The notes below the pieces were generated by a model. That model worked only from the letters and a program-made list of their open reading frames with translations. It did no database searches and had not been told where the DNA came from. A stretch of DNA of 64,000 nt from an uncultured Clostridia bacterium (GTDB lineage: Bacteria; Bacillota; Clostridia; Christensenellales; UBA1242), in NCBI GenBank assembly GCA_947062475.1, contig CAMSQA010000007.1:531-64530 (forward strand), read 5' to 3'. Below, piece by piece: positions 46,301 through 53,426 of this stretch. The stretch's first letter is position 1; each line of letters begins with the position of its first letter. The position numbers and the translations under genes were made by a program.

Positions 46301-48805
46301 AAAAGTAGAGGAATTTGCATATTCCGACCATTGTGTGCGATTATTTAAGTCTATTTTATAAGAAATAGGAAGAATTTCCTTATTAAGCAAATAGTTTATA
46401 AGTCTAGTTTGGTCTGTTATGCCAAGCGAAGAATAATAATTGATTTGCTCTGTTGGAATATAAGTTATATATCCATATGTTTTTGCACCACTTGCCTTTT
46501 CATCCCATGACAATACAAAAGGTTGATTTGTGTTGAAAGATGAAAATTCATCTTTTATTTGATAAGAAGTAGAAGAGACAAGCGAAACATTTCTTGATGT
46601 GATATTTTTTATTTGGTTTGTGTCTATAGTAAACGTTCTTGAACTTGGTTTTGAAGAGTTTGCAGAAGTGATTTTGATTGTAAAGAAAGCATTAGCATTT
46701 GGGTTTTGGGTTTCAATCAAGATACCATTTTTATTTGCAATCTTTTCATTAAAGATTTTACCAAAAGAATTATCCTCTTCTGTTTCTTGGAAGGTTTGAT
46801 AACTCATTCCATATTGAGCCAAGTCTTGAAGTTTTACATCTTTAAAGAAATAAGTTTTATTTTGATAGTTTTGTGCTGAAAGTGTGATTTCAACTTTTGC
46901 GTCATATATGTTGTTTTCAGAATTATTTAAGATATAAACATTTTTATTTGTAAAACCATTTGTATAAATTTCATTAATGTTTCCGTCATAAACGTCTACT
47001 GTTGGGGTGGTGTTTGTAATTGTGAAATAGAAAATTTGATAATGATATTTTGCGCTTTGAAGGGTCCCGCTTGTAGACATAAATGAGTCATATTTGTATT
47101 GAATAATATAAAGATATCTTCCTGCTGCATTTTGATTGTCGCCTAAGAAAATTTCACCATTTTCACTGCCTATTATGTTGTTGTTGCTGTCAAGTTTATA
47201 TATTTTGCTGACATCACTTTCATTTCTTGCATTGGTTGAAAATTTGATAGGTGTTTGATTGGTTGAAGCTGGTATAATTTTTGAATCAGGGTTGTTTATA
47301 GCAGATAAAGCATAATTCTTCAATTTTTCAATAGTGAAATAAGTATCACTTGTTGGATTTATATTATTTAAACTTTCTGTAATGTTATTAGTATCAGTTA
47401 TATTAGTTTTAATATAATTATTTACTTGACTAGTTATATCTGCAGATAAGTAATAGCCATCCTTGTCGTCATATGATTTTATGTCTTTACTCTTTGGTTG
47501 GTTTGTGTTTGCATTAATATCTGAATAATCAGAATACATGGCTTGATAACCATATATATACAATCTTTGACTTTTGTTTTTAAAAATTGAATTGTTGCTA
47601 AGATTTTCTAGATCCAAATTATATATTTTTGTTTCTGAATTTCTTACAATAGTATAAAGATATGAGAATGAAATGTTATAACTTCCTAAGTCAGAAAAAA
47701 CTATTGTTGCTGAAATCTGTCCATTTTCTTCTGTCAGATAATATCTTAAAAACCCACTTTCTTTTGTAATTTCATTGCCAACAATATCAAGAGCGACAAG
47801 TTTTCCATTTTGATATTCTATTTTTGTTTGACTTACCGAGTTATCAATGTCAGTATATTGGACTGTTAATGAAAATCTATTTGGATTGAAACTAATCGAA
47901 GGAAGCTTATTTTTAGTTTCAGCATAGGCAAAGTTGTAGAAATAATAGCTTGAATAATCGTTTGAAGATGTAAGATTTGAAATTTGCAAGTTTTCTGAAG
48001 GTGAAATTTGAGGTTTGCCACTTGCTGTATCGAAATATGTATTAGCATTGAATATCATGAAATTGTAATATAAATTGCGAGACTCAAATTGAAAGGTTAT
48101 ACCTCCATTTGTTGTTTGATATTCAATGATTGGCACGACTAATGTGTAAATGCCTTCTTTATTTAAAACTACTTGATTTTTGTTTTCTCCTGTTCCAAAT
48201 TCAATTTCTGAATTTTTTGTATTAAGCATAAGTTTCATATTAAATTGTTTTGGAAGAAGTGAAGTATTTGAAGGTGTAAATGAATGCTCATGTGCTGTGA
48301 AATAATTTTCTGGTGATGAATGATTGCTAAGAAGATTTTGTTTGTCACCAGTGTTTCCTGAGGCAACATCTTCTGCAGTAAGGTCATAATATAGTGACAG
48401 AGCAGTCTCAGAGAAATCAAAATAATAGTAAATCTGACCATTGTTGTTTGTTTGTGGAAGATAATAAAAATTTTCCTCTGTATAAGTATTTCCGTCAGAA
48501 TCATTTACTTCATTTCTTTTAATGGTGTCTGTGGCAATGCTAATTAAGTTGAAACTTCCATTTTGAAATAAATAAACAGTATCTCCAACATTTGAAACTT
48601 CAATTCCGTTTGAATTGGAAGGGGAAATGTTAAAATAATCTGGCAAACTGTTTGAAATTTGCGATTGCATTGCAAAATCGGCAGATGAAAATTTTTCGCT
48701 GCCATTGCCGAATAAATTTAATGTAAGAAACCCGCCAAAACTCAAGCTAAAAATTAAGGCCAAAGGCAAGGAAAGTTTTTTAAATAAATTTGATAATTTT
48801 TTCAT
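40331..48805 (-). CDS. giant (2,824 aa) surface protein: N-terminal signal sequence, beta-rich ectodomain, C-terminal TM anchor
   Basis: ATG 48805 has GAGGTG 4 nt upstream (MKKLSNLFKKLSLPLALIFSLSFGGFLTLNLFG). The C-terminus LNVFAIIAIVIGVIAVAAVIGITIALRKRQKVK is a stop-transfer anchor. No LPXTG motif. Asn/Ser/Thr/Tyr-rich throughout. Confidence 0.8.
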   Translation of the reverse strand: MKKLSNLFKKLSLPLALIFSLSFGGFLTLNLFGNGSEKFSSADFAMQSQISNSLPDYFNISPSNSNGIEVSNVGDTVYLFQNGSFNLISIATDTIKRNEVNDSDGNTYTEENFYYLPQTNNNGQIYYYFDFSETALSLYYDLTAEDVASGNTGDKQNLLSNHSSPENYFTAHEHSFTPSNTSLLPKQFNMKLMLNTKNSEIEFGTGENKNQVVLNKEGIYTLVVPIIEYQTTNGGITFQFESRNLYYNFMIFNANTYFDTASGKPQISPSENLQISNLTSSNDYSSYYFYNFAYAETKNKLPSISFNPNRFSLTVQYTDIDNSVSQTKIEYQNGKLVALDIVGNEITKESGFLRYYLTEENGQISATIVFSDLGSYNISFSYLYTIVRNSETKIYNLDLENLSNNSIFKNKSQRLYIYGYQAMYSDYSDINANTNQPKSKDIKSYDDKDGYYLSADITSQVNNYIKTNITDTNNITESLNNINPTSDTYFTIEKLKNYALSAINNPDSKIIPASTNQTPIKFSTNARNESDVSKIYKLDSNNNIIGSENGEIFLGDNQNAAGRYLYIIQYKYDSFMSTSGTLQSAKYHYQIFYFTITNTTPTVDVYDGNINEIYTNGFTNKNVYILNNSENNIYDAKVEITLSAQNYQNKTYFFKDVKLQDLAQYGMSYQTFQETEEDNSFGKIFNEKIANKNGILIETQNPNANAFFTIKITSANSSKPSSRTFTIDTNQIKNITSRNVSLVSSTSYQIKDEFSSFNTNQPFVLSWDEKASGAKTYGYITYIPTEQINYYSSLGITDQTRLINYLLNKEILPISYKIDLNNRTQWSEYANSSTFNTTIPSTYVKSNDGFYILEVYDQAGNSSFMIYLIDSSTPVFIQEVDNGNIIRSIFKNNECLPVPPIDTFMSIVWSKQKALYLENIDDILNIKPYQYGVDVANAKEKLNEKVAEFFKKTNNKNITNLREITVLPNNETGIDTFNGYYLVIDINEKYYLKDGDSSNFKPVLPIQDHDKYRYDIKFYDDKGNVIADNKTFKILIRDASNTYFADNEEILYKNYPSGYVSFNVTADASQMMLKNSKNEVLDFSSFSLVGDLFGLRDENGNITYSHIEGEENFRSEYKYKFSYYSPTTAKQELKLSYIPVADNGSELQSIVLTYYPFVPKLKKYPNNNNYYYYYDLQDKPSQTMNVFTSSDRKYETGETEEFSLALGSSTTPLAGKYVFERTYKENSQNEANSKNDFFRRTISIIIDNKGLISKLEPVTAVDENGEALRDENGNIISSLESLVGGDILLSFYSGNNSSIEISFPKYNQNGLNSGSFYSKENYKENDSIQSVAISGNKLPISLYIPKYKYTISSVDSVNANGVKDYNLNKNDNLSYYGNAYYKYNSQSRTYDVYVEGALIESFNKEIDALNYINSTAIEEYQIFAEIYARVVENNREVEKYYYSDGSQENGYLLFYPSSGKNGNIDKTSPVNNFYKKGNYIVTIYQASNIGNTSEFFSLYKFGFEITSQTPDFEIKGSDGYLLNSTKESATTYYTNSDLLTIQWQIPESEYEAKIDENKITIKSSNSQISFTDTRNNISSDGNSKSFTINTENFIKSNIKDLYLEITMQFEGFNREYYSSITKRIYFDKVSPSQNLQNLMFMTENATDSAFTSNYQLMTMRKYYDYKNEEIENVTTSTIQEASYSYNVDNGYFKYFSFNVSKDFFTETLVSTLLNSSNNPYETQAIYYREIDNLKNYTQVDKNSFSERVYRFIPTDEEISGLNYGYYEIVELDYARNMTVYIVQLSAGLNDIEETNSAISYTNEIMKDEINIENGKIENGFNIFSNSGFTINEINYNSDNWEYFTLTHPGEGLVRYMKSPWLDENQVYQISFTSSGVNFTIKTLSSLFENVVSSPNKHKMVLSDRITGQFSQIFITVMDATLNTQKVEDPTKTSAILNISVPTTAQAASETTGYVYPTKITISQFNSSSTAENKWNIIMQANQNIYGTWTPDEEFISAMSYVSFKTLTGGTTLQVAINLGANSAQKVRYDIIDNFGNTTTIIQLANEVSYREVTGTNTVYELYENDGTITYLSSHTINYTFNTLLYSIKVLNRDGIDVTSEITSNINSSTNLCTFRFDPTQENFYDDYYRIEVRDVESENIIKSSHLRIYNKLPFRTSYANEVFSGGIIFNDKNQQPIEESSIGIVPNTHINFNGKNYYATSENITTYSENVTVRFFNGQNLNFNSKFNYETGYGYSVYISNDNEQTWVNINSLTSETSGYTISGIGDYTIFIKYDSEDVFTDLCKIYKISILDSSNSYYYITVDGLNVEKSDVKYTTLDNKTIETNYIVSVDYADKNNRIKITTNEKANVQLSQPTVESTGSNVTVEIYYYSCSESTGNFTIIYIAQTNNIISTFNYETPTGTTSSIKDERSVVIVANKDTDTSFNKLKLNFSSYYGIEANKINIEITKLFNGEYVTINSLIYEDKIDSYVYLNEPGTYKIKIFDSCSPANVQMFKTSSYIDVIFLSHVPFTVSSLNEAGENVITEPIQKAVYNSTVIIRPTNLSSYYQPSRMPTISVKRNGKDYSGFTSSNNIYTFEEAGFYTITFNATSITGVPVRTEEYSFTILNKNESRYAYEFSGYSQYFIERIEKNGHDITDSLIEISNFPTINIDGKEYLSALTINYLDEKTGSGRYKIKININDKEMINTLGSSFEFEFWINTANPPISVSLAEGDKTTKDIIVSFNVQNLYDTVGDCYLLISNLRRDYTSENLSSYGENEKITITLSGTYYIQLYTASGHLLYSYKVVRSEPLNVFAIIAIVIGVIAVAAVIGITIALRKRQKVK

Positions 48806-49015
48806 AAAACACCTCATAAACATTTTATCACAAGCATAAAAAAAATCAAAATAAATTAATGCAATATTATTTAATATTATTATAAATATTAATATATTAT
48901 TAAATCTATTGTATACATAAAATAAATTTTTAACCATATTCAAGTGTAAAATTAATTTTAATTAAAAAAAATGTCATAAAGGCTGAATTTGACATAAATA
49001 AGTAAAGAGGTAAAT

Positions 49016-50101
49016 ATGAAAAAACTATCTTTATGTATGATTGTCAAAGACGAAGAGGATTCACTTGATAGGGCACTTGAAAATGCCAAAATCTTTGCGG
49101 ATGAAATAATTATTGTTGACACAGGTTCGACTGACAAAACTAAAGAAATTGCAAAAAAATACAGCGATAAAATCTTTGATTATACTTGGGTAGGCGATTT
49201 TTCAAAGGCAAGAAACTTTTCTTTTGACCAGGCAACTTTGCCATATATTATGTGGCTTGATGCTGATGATATCATTCCAAAAAGCTCTGCAGAAAGCATC
49301 AAAAAATGGAAAGATAGTGAAGGAGAGGAAGATGTGGTGATGTGCCCTTATGTTGCTAATTATGATGAAAACTTCAATCCTATATTTGAATATTTGAGGG
49401 AGAGAATTGTCAAAAATACAAAGGCATTACGATGGCATGATAGGGTGCATGAAGTGATTGTTCCGAGTGGCAAAATTATACATAATTATGAAATTAAAAT
49501 CTTTCATGGAAAAAATGAAAAAAAATATTCTTCACGCAATCTTATCATTTATAAACAAATGCTTGACGAAGGACAACAACTTAGTCCAAGAAGTTTATTT
49601 TATTACGCACGGGAATTATATTTCAACAATTTTATTGATGAGGCAATTCATGAATTTTCTCGTTTTATTTCAAGTGGTTTAGGGTGGAAGGAGAATAATA
49701 TTGAAGCTTGTTTAAATCTTGCAAAATGTTATTGCATTCAAGAAAAATATACAAATGCTTTGACATCTCTTTTTGGGACATTCATATATGACTTGCCAAG
49801 AAGTGAGGTGCTTTATGAAATAGGAAACATATATTCACAAAAGGAAGATTTCAGCAGAGCAATATATTGGTATAAACTGGCACTTGGAAATAAAATAGAC
49901 CTCGATAGTGGCGGATTTGTTAATGTTGAAACCTCAACATTTTTGCCAGCTTTAGCACTTTGTGTGTGTTATGATAAGCTCGGTGACACTGTCAATTCTT
50001 ATCATTATCATGAGGTAGCAAAAGCTTATAAACCACAAGATAAATCGGTATTACATAATCAAGAATATTTTGATAATTTAAAGAAAAACAATCAAAAATA
50101 A
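49016..50101 (+). CDS. family 2 glycosyltransferase fused to TPR-like repeats
   Basis: LCMIVKDEEDSLDRALENAKIFADEIIIVDTGSTDKT...DFSKARNFSF...WLDADD. C-terminal helical repeats (ARELYFNNFIDEAIHEF, YEIGNIYSQKEDFSRAIYWY). Confidence 0.8.
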   Translation: MKKLSLCMIVKDEEDSLDRALENAKIFADEIIIVDTGSTDKTKEIAKKYSDKIFDYTWVGDFSKARNFSFDQATLPYIMWLDADDIIPKSSAESIKKWKDSEGEEDVVMCPYVANYDENFNPIFEYLRERIVKNTKALRWHDRVHEVIVPSGKIIHNYEIKIFHGKNEKKYSSRNLIIYKQMLDEGQQLSPRSLFYYARELYFNNFIDEAIHEFSRFISSGLGWKENNIEACLNLAKCYCIQEKYTNALTSLFGTFIYDLPRSEVLYEIGNIYSQKEDFSRAIYWYKLALGNKIDLDSGGFVNVETSTFLPALALCVCYDKLGDTVNSYHYHEVAKAYKPQDKSVLHNQEYFDNLKKNNQK

Positions 50102-50102
50102 T

Positions 50103-50129
50103 AAAAAAACCGCAATTTTGCGGTTTTTT
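50103..50129. terminator. bidirectional terminator
   Basis: AAAAAAACCGCAA-TT-TTGCGGTTTTTT. Confidence 0.8.
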
Positions 50130-50166
50130 AATAAAATTAATATAATTTTGCCTTTATTTTATTGAT

Positions 50167-51102
50167 TTATTTTAAATCAAAATTATCAAAATATTTTAGT
50201 CTCTCAGAGAGTAATTGTAAAAATCTTTCTCTATTGACGGCGGATGTAAATTCATGCTTTCCATTTTTATCAAATACAACATCCATTTTTCCAGGCATGT
50301 CGGTTGTGTTTACATCAAGGTCAACTTTTTCAACGGTAAAGATCTCAGGATGCACCAAATACATATAGGCACAAGTATCGTTTGTAGCAATACGTTTGTC
50401 AGTATATCCAGGTTCCCAATAAGTGGTATACATCTGATAAATGAAATCACCAACTTTGTTTACTCCTTTGATTTTTGTCATGACAAATTCTTCATCAAGA
50501 TGTGCCTTGAGTCTGCCCATGTCTGATGGAATCATCGCTAGAGGAATGTTGCTGTTAAGCACAATTTTAAAAGCTTCAGGGTCGGTTGAAATATTAAAGG
50601 AAATATGGTTTGGATAGCCATTCACTCCATAAGGAGAACCACCCATAAAAACTATTTTAGGGATTTTCTTTATTATATCAGGATGCTTTTGCAAAAGAGT
50701 CCCGATATTTGTTTGAGGCCCTAAAACTAATAAGATTATATCGCCATCGCCTTCGTTTAACACCTTATACATTGCTTCAATTGCATCGTCCTTTAGAAGT
50801 GGTCTTGAAACTGTTTTAGGAGGAGTATAACCTCCAAGACCTTCCACAGAATGAATATTCTCAGCATATGGACTATTTCTTTCCATTGCTTTTGCACAGC
50901 CCTTTGCAACAGGGACATCTAAATTTAATCTATCAATAATATGAAGAATATTTCGAGTAGTTGTTTCAACGCCAACATTTCCTGAAACTGAAGTAATAAG
51001 TTTGACATCAAGTTTTTCGTCAACTAAAGCATAAATAAGGCATGCTGCGTCATCTACGCCAGCATCAGAGTCAATAATTACCTTTATTTTTTCATTTTTC
51101 AT
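50167..51102 (-). CDS. nucleoside hydrolase (IUNH family)
   Basis: N-terminal aspartate cluster KVIIDSDAGVDDAACLIYAL. 311 aa from ATG 51102. Confidence 0.8.
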   Translation of the reverse strand: MKNEKIKVIIDSDAGVDDAACLIYALVDEKLDVKLITSVSGNVGVETTTRNILHIIDRLNLDVPVAKGCAKAMERNSPYAENIHSVEGLGGYTPPKTVSRPLLKDDAIEAMYKVLNEGDGDIILLVLGPQTNIGTLLQKHPDIIKKIPKIVFMGGSPYGVNGYPNHISFNISTDPEAFKIVLNSNIPLAMIPSDMGRLKAHLDEEFVMTKIKGVNKVGDFIYQMYTTYWEPGYTDKRIATNDTCAYMYLVHPEIFTVEKVDLDVNTTDMPGKMDVVFDKNGKHEFTSAVNRERFLQLLSERLKYFDNFDLK

Positions 51103-51293
51103 AATTTTTTTCCTTTTAAGCAATAAAAATGCAGAAGTTAAGACCTAAGAAGTATTTGCCATTTGATTGATTTTAAGATGTTGCTTTGCTTCTGCAATAT
51201 ATCCTTAATTATTATATACAGTTTAATAGAAAAAAGCAATTGTTTTATTATTTTTCTTGCTTTAATTATTAAATTATGCTAATATGAAAACAT

Positions 51294-51384
51294 GGAGACG
51301 TACCGAAGAGGTCGCAACGGGACGCACTCGAAATGCGTTTGTCGGGAAACTGGCACATGGGTTCGAATCCCATCGTCTCCGCCA
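51294..51384 (+). tRNA. tRNA-Ser (anticodon CGA)
   Basis: GGAGACG acceptor, anticodon arm ACGCA-CTCGAAA-TGCGT, long variable arm, T-arm ATGGG-TTCGAAT-CCCAT, CGTCTCC-G-CCA. An extended -10 TGCTAATAT lies 8 nt upstream. Confidence 0.9.
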
Positions 51385-51386
51385 AA

Positions 51387-51422
51387 TATATTGTATAAAA
51401 AGTCTTTTTTTGAAAAGGCTTT
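51387..51422 (+). terminator. tRNA-Ser terminator hairpin; copy 1 of a 36-nt exact repeat (copy 2 at 53011-53046)
   Basis: TATATTGTATAAAAAGTCTTTTTTTGAAAAGGCTTT is identical at both sites and folds as AAAAGTCTTTT/GAAAAGGCTTTT. Confidence 0.75.
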
Positions 51423-51587
51423 GACACACCATATGCAGTCGTGTATGAATGATTTTGACACTGTATACAGATTTAAAACTTGGTTGTAAAAAGTAAAAGT
51501 GAAAGAAATTGGAAATAAGTGTCTTTTTAAGATATTGAAAGTTTTGATTATTTGATAAAATTTTGATTTTTTAATCAAAATAATCCG

Positions 51588-51607
51588 TCGCGAAATTAAT
51601 TTCGCGA
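51588..51607. promoter_or_regulatory. 20-bp perfect palindrome TCGCGAAATTAATTTCGCGA (operator-like) upstream of the S41 peptidase gene
   Basis: Read directly from the sequence. The right half continues into a TCGCGAAATCAAAA box that recurs at 52863, 52955, 53254 (1 mismatch) and 54053 (interrupted). Confidence 0.6.
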
Positions 51608-51679
51608 AATCAAAATTTAGGTATGAAGAAATTAATAATAATCAAAATAAATCAAAAAAAGTTGGGAGTAAAAGCAAAA

Positions 51680-52837
51680 ATGAAAAGATCTGAATTTGTA
51701 AATACTGTTTTTAAAAAGTTGGAACAAAATCATATATTTCTTTATCATGATATTTCAAAAGAAGAATTCGAAAAACATAAGCAAAAATTTTTATATAATA
51801 TTGACGAGTTAGACGAAACTCATTTTGAAGCAGGGATGCTTAAACTTTTTGCTTTGTTTAAAGATGCACATACTCAATATTGTGGTGTTAAATTTAATTA
51901 TGTAAAGGCTTCTATCACACTAATTGATAAAGATTTTTATATTAAGCATGACGGACATTTAAAAAAGATAGAAAAGATTAATGGAAATCCAATTGAAGAA
52001 GTTGTTGAAAAATTGAAAGAGTTAATCCCTTATGAAGTTGAAACCTGGGCTTATAATAGAGCTCTTCAAATGATGTATTGTCCCAAGGCCATGAAAATGA
52101 TTGACTGTGGAGATGCTTATGATAAAATAAAATATTATTGCGAAAACGGTGAAGAGATTGTTGCAAAATTACCAACGCCTGAAGAATCCAAAGTTCAGTT
52201 TGTGCAAAAACCATTTTATGAAAGCGAAAAGCTTAATGATGATGAAATTTTGTATATTCGTTATCGTGTTTGTGCAGATATGAAAGATTATTCTTTTGCA
52301 AAATTTGTTGAGGATATTGCAAAGAGTTACAAGAAATTGCCTAAAGCTTGCTTAGTTGATGTGAGATATAATACAGGTGGAAGTGATGTTGTGATACACC
52401 CACTTGTCAATTGGCTAAAAGAAAAAAATATAAAATCTTATGTGCTGATGAACGGCTCAACCTTTTCAAGTGGTACATTTGCACTTGGTGTTTTTAAAAA
52501 GAAGTTAAACGCAACGTTAATTGGCACCGAAGCAGGTCAGCCAACTTGCAATTATGGAAATATTCGTTATGAAGATGTAGATGATAAAAAATTTACCTAT
52601 TGCACAAGATATTTTGAACTTACATCATATCACAATAAAAATGCACCTGTTGAATATTTTAAAGGTAGCAACTTAGAGTATTTTGATTATACTGGTATTA
52701 TTAGACCAGATGTAAGAATTGAAAATAAAATTAAAGATCTCGATAAAGGCATTGATACTCAACTAGAAGAGAGTATAAAAATAATTAAGTATGAAATTGT
52801 AAAAGAACAAGAAACTAACAAAACACTTGAAAGTTAA
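51680..52837 (+). CDS. S41-family peptidase-like protein
   Basis: LVDVRYNTGGSDVV and NGSTFSSGTFALGVF resemble the S41 (tail-specific protease family) core. No signal peptide seen. ATG 51680 is preferred, because the longer track N-terminus is encoded by the ATCAAAA repeats. Confidence 0.65.
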   Translation: MKRSEFVNTVFKKLEQNHIFLYHDISKEEFEKHKQKFLYNIDELDETHFEAGMLKLFALFKDAHTQYCGVKFNYVKASITLIDKDFYIKHDGHLKKIEKINGNPIEEVVEKLKELIPYEVETWAYNRALQMMYCPKAMKMIDCGDAYDKIKYYCENGEEIVAKLPTPEESKVQFVQKPFYESEKLNDDEILYIRYRVCADMKDYSFAKFVEDIAKSYKKLPKACLVDVRYNTGGSDVVIHPLVNWLKEKNIKSYVLMNGSTFSSGTFALGVFKKKLNATLIGTEAGQPTCNYGNIRYEDVDDKKFTYCTRYFELTSYHNKNAPVEYFKGSNLEYFDYTGIIRPDVRIENKIKDLDKGIDTQLEESIKIIKYEIVKEQETNKTLES

Positions 52838-52918
52838 GTTAAAAGCGTATATTTTTTGATTTTCGCGAAATCAAAACTTTGTCGAAAAATCAAAATTTGA
52901 TTTAACTTTTGATTTATT

Positions 52919-52947
52919 TTGATTATTTTTGATTTTTATGCTAAAAT
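52919..52947 (+). promoter_or_regulatory. orphan extended -10 promoter (paralogous copy with -10 at 54040-54045)
   Basis: TTGATT (52919-52924), a 17-nt spacer, then TGcTAAAAT (-10 at 52942-52947). It is followed by a GTCGCGAAATCAAAA box and, ~75 nt later, the terminator at 53011-53049. Confidence 0.55.
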
Positions 52948-53297
52948 TTAGCCGTCGCGAAATCAAAACTGAAAAATCAAAAAAAAGACTTCGTTGTCAG
53001 TTGACACAACTATATTGTATAAAAAGTCTTTTTTTGAAAAGGCTTTTTTCATTGTAAAAACCACAATATACAGTGTTTTTTCATTATTTTATCACTGTAT
53101 ACAGATATAACAATTTTTGAGATTTGGAAATTCGTATTTTCAAGTCTTTTTTCAAAATGCAAAAGTTTTGCTGCCGAGCCGAAGACGAACGCCACGAATG
53201 TCTTTTTTTGATTTTTTGCCCAAAATTTTGATTTTTTCACACAAAATTGGCTGTCGCAAAATCAAAATTTCAAAAATCAAAACTAACCACCAAGGAA

Positions 53298-53343
53298 ATC
53301 AAAAATAATCAAAATAAATCAAAAATAATCAAAAAAATCAAAA
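53298..53343 (+). repeat. five ATCAAAA units phased at 9-10 bp (A-tract array)
   Basis: ATCAAAA starts at 53298, 53308, 53318, 53328 and 53337, with further copies at 53261 and 53276. Confidence 0.85.
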
Positions 53344-53411
53344 TTTCAAGCACAATCACGGGCAAAGGTTCGTGATTGTTTATAAAAACTGATACAGAAT
53401 GCAAAGAGTTG

Positions 53412-53420
53412 TGGTATAAT
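53412..53420 (+). promoter_or_regulatory. extended -10 element TGgTATAAT placed 7 nt before ATG 53427 (leaderless candidate)
   Basis: TG at 53412-53413 and TATAAT at 53415-53420. There is no SD between it and the in-frame ATG. Confidence 0.5.
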
Positions 53421-53426
53421 AAAAGC

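Noticed and set aside
48806-48943. 46-codon N-terminal extension of the giant surface protein in the ORF track (MNMVKNLFYVYNRF...).
   Set aside because: The internal ATG at 48805 has a GAGGTG SD and starts a canonical signal peptide. The extension is encoded by promoter-like AT-rich DNA.
49016-50101. The GT2-TPR protein considered as a SunS-like S-glycosyltransferase of a glycocin cluster.
   Set aside because: No small Cys-containing precursor peptide, ABC transporter/peptidase or thiol-disulfide oxidoreductase gene flanks it. The GT2+TPR architecture is common outside bacteriocin loci.
51541-53345. ATCAAAA repeat clusters considered as a CRISPR array.
   Set aside because: The repeats are only 7-14 nt, irregularly oriented and without unique spacers of constant length. 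No cas genes are present.
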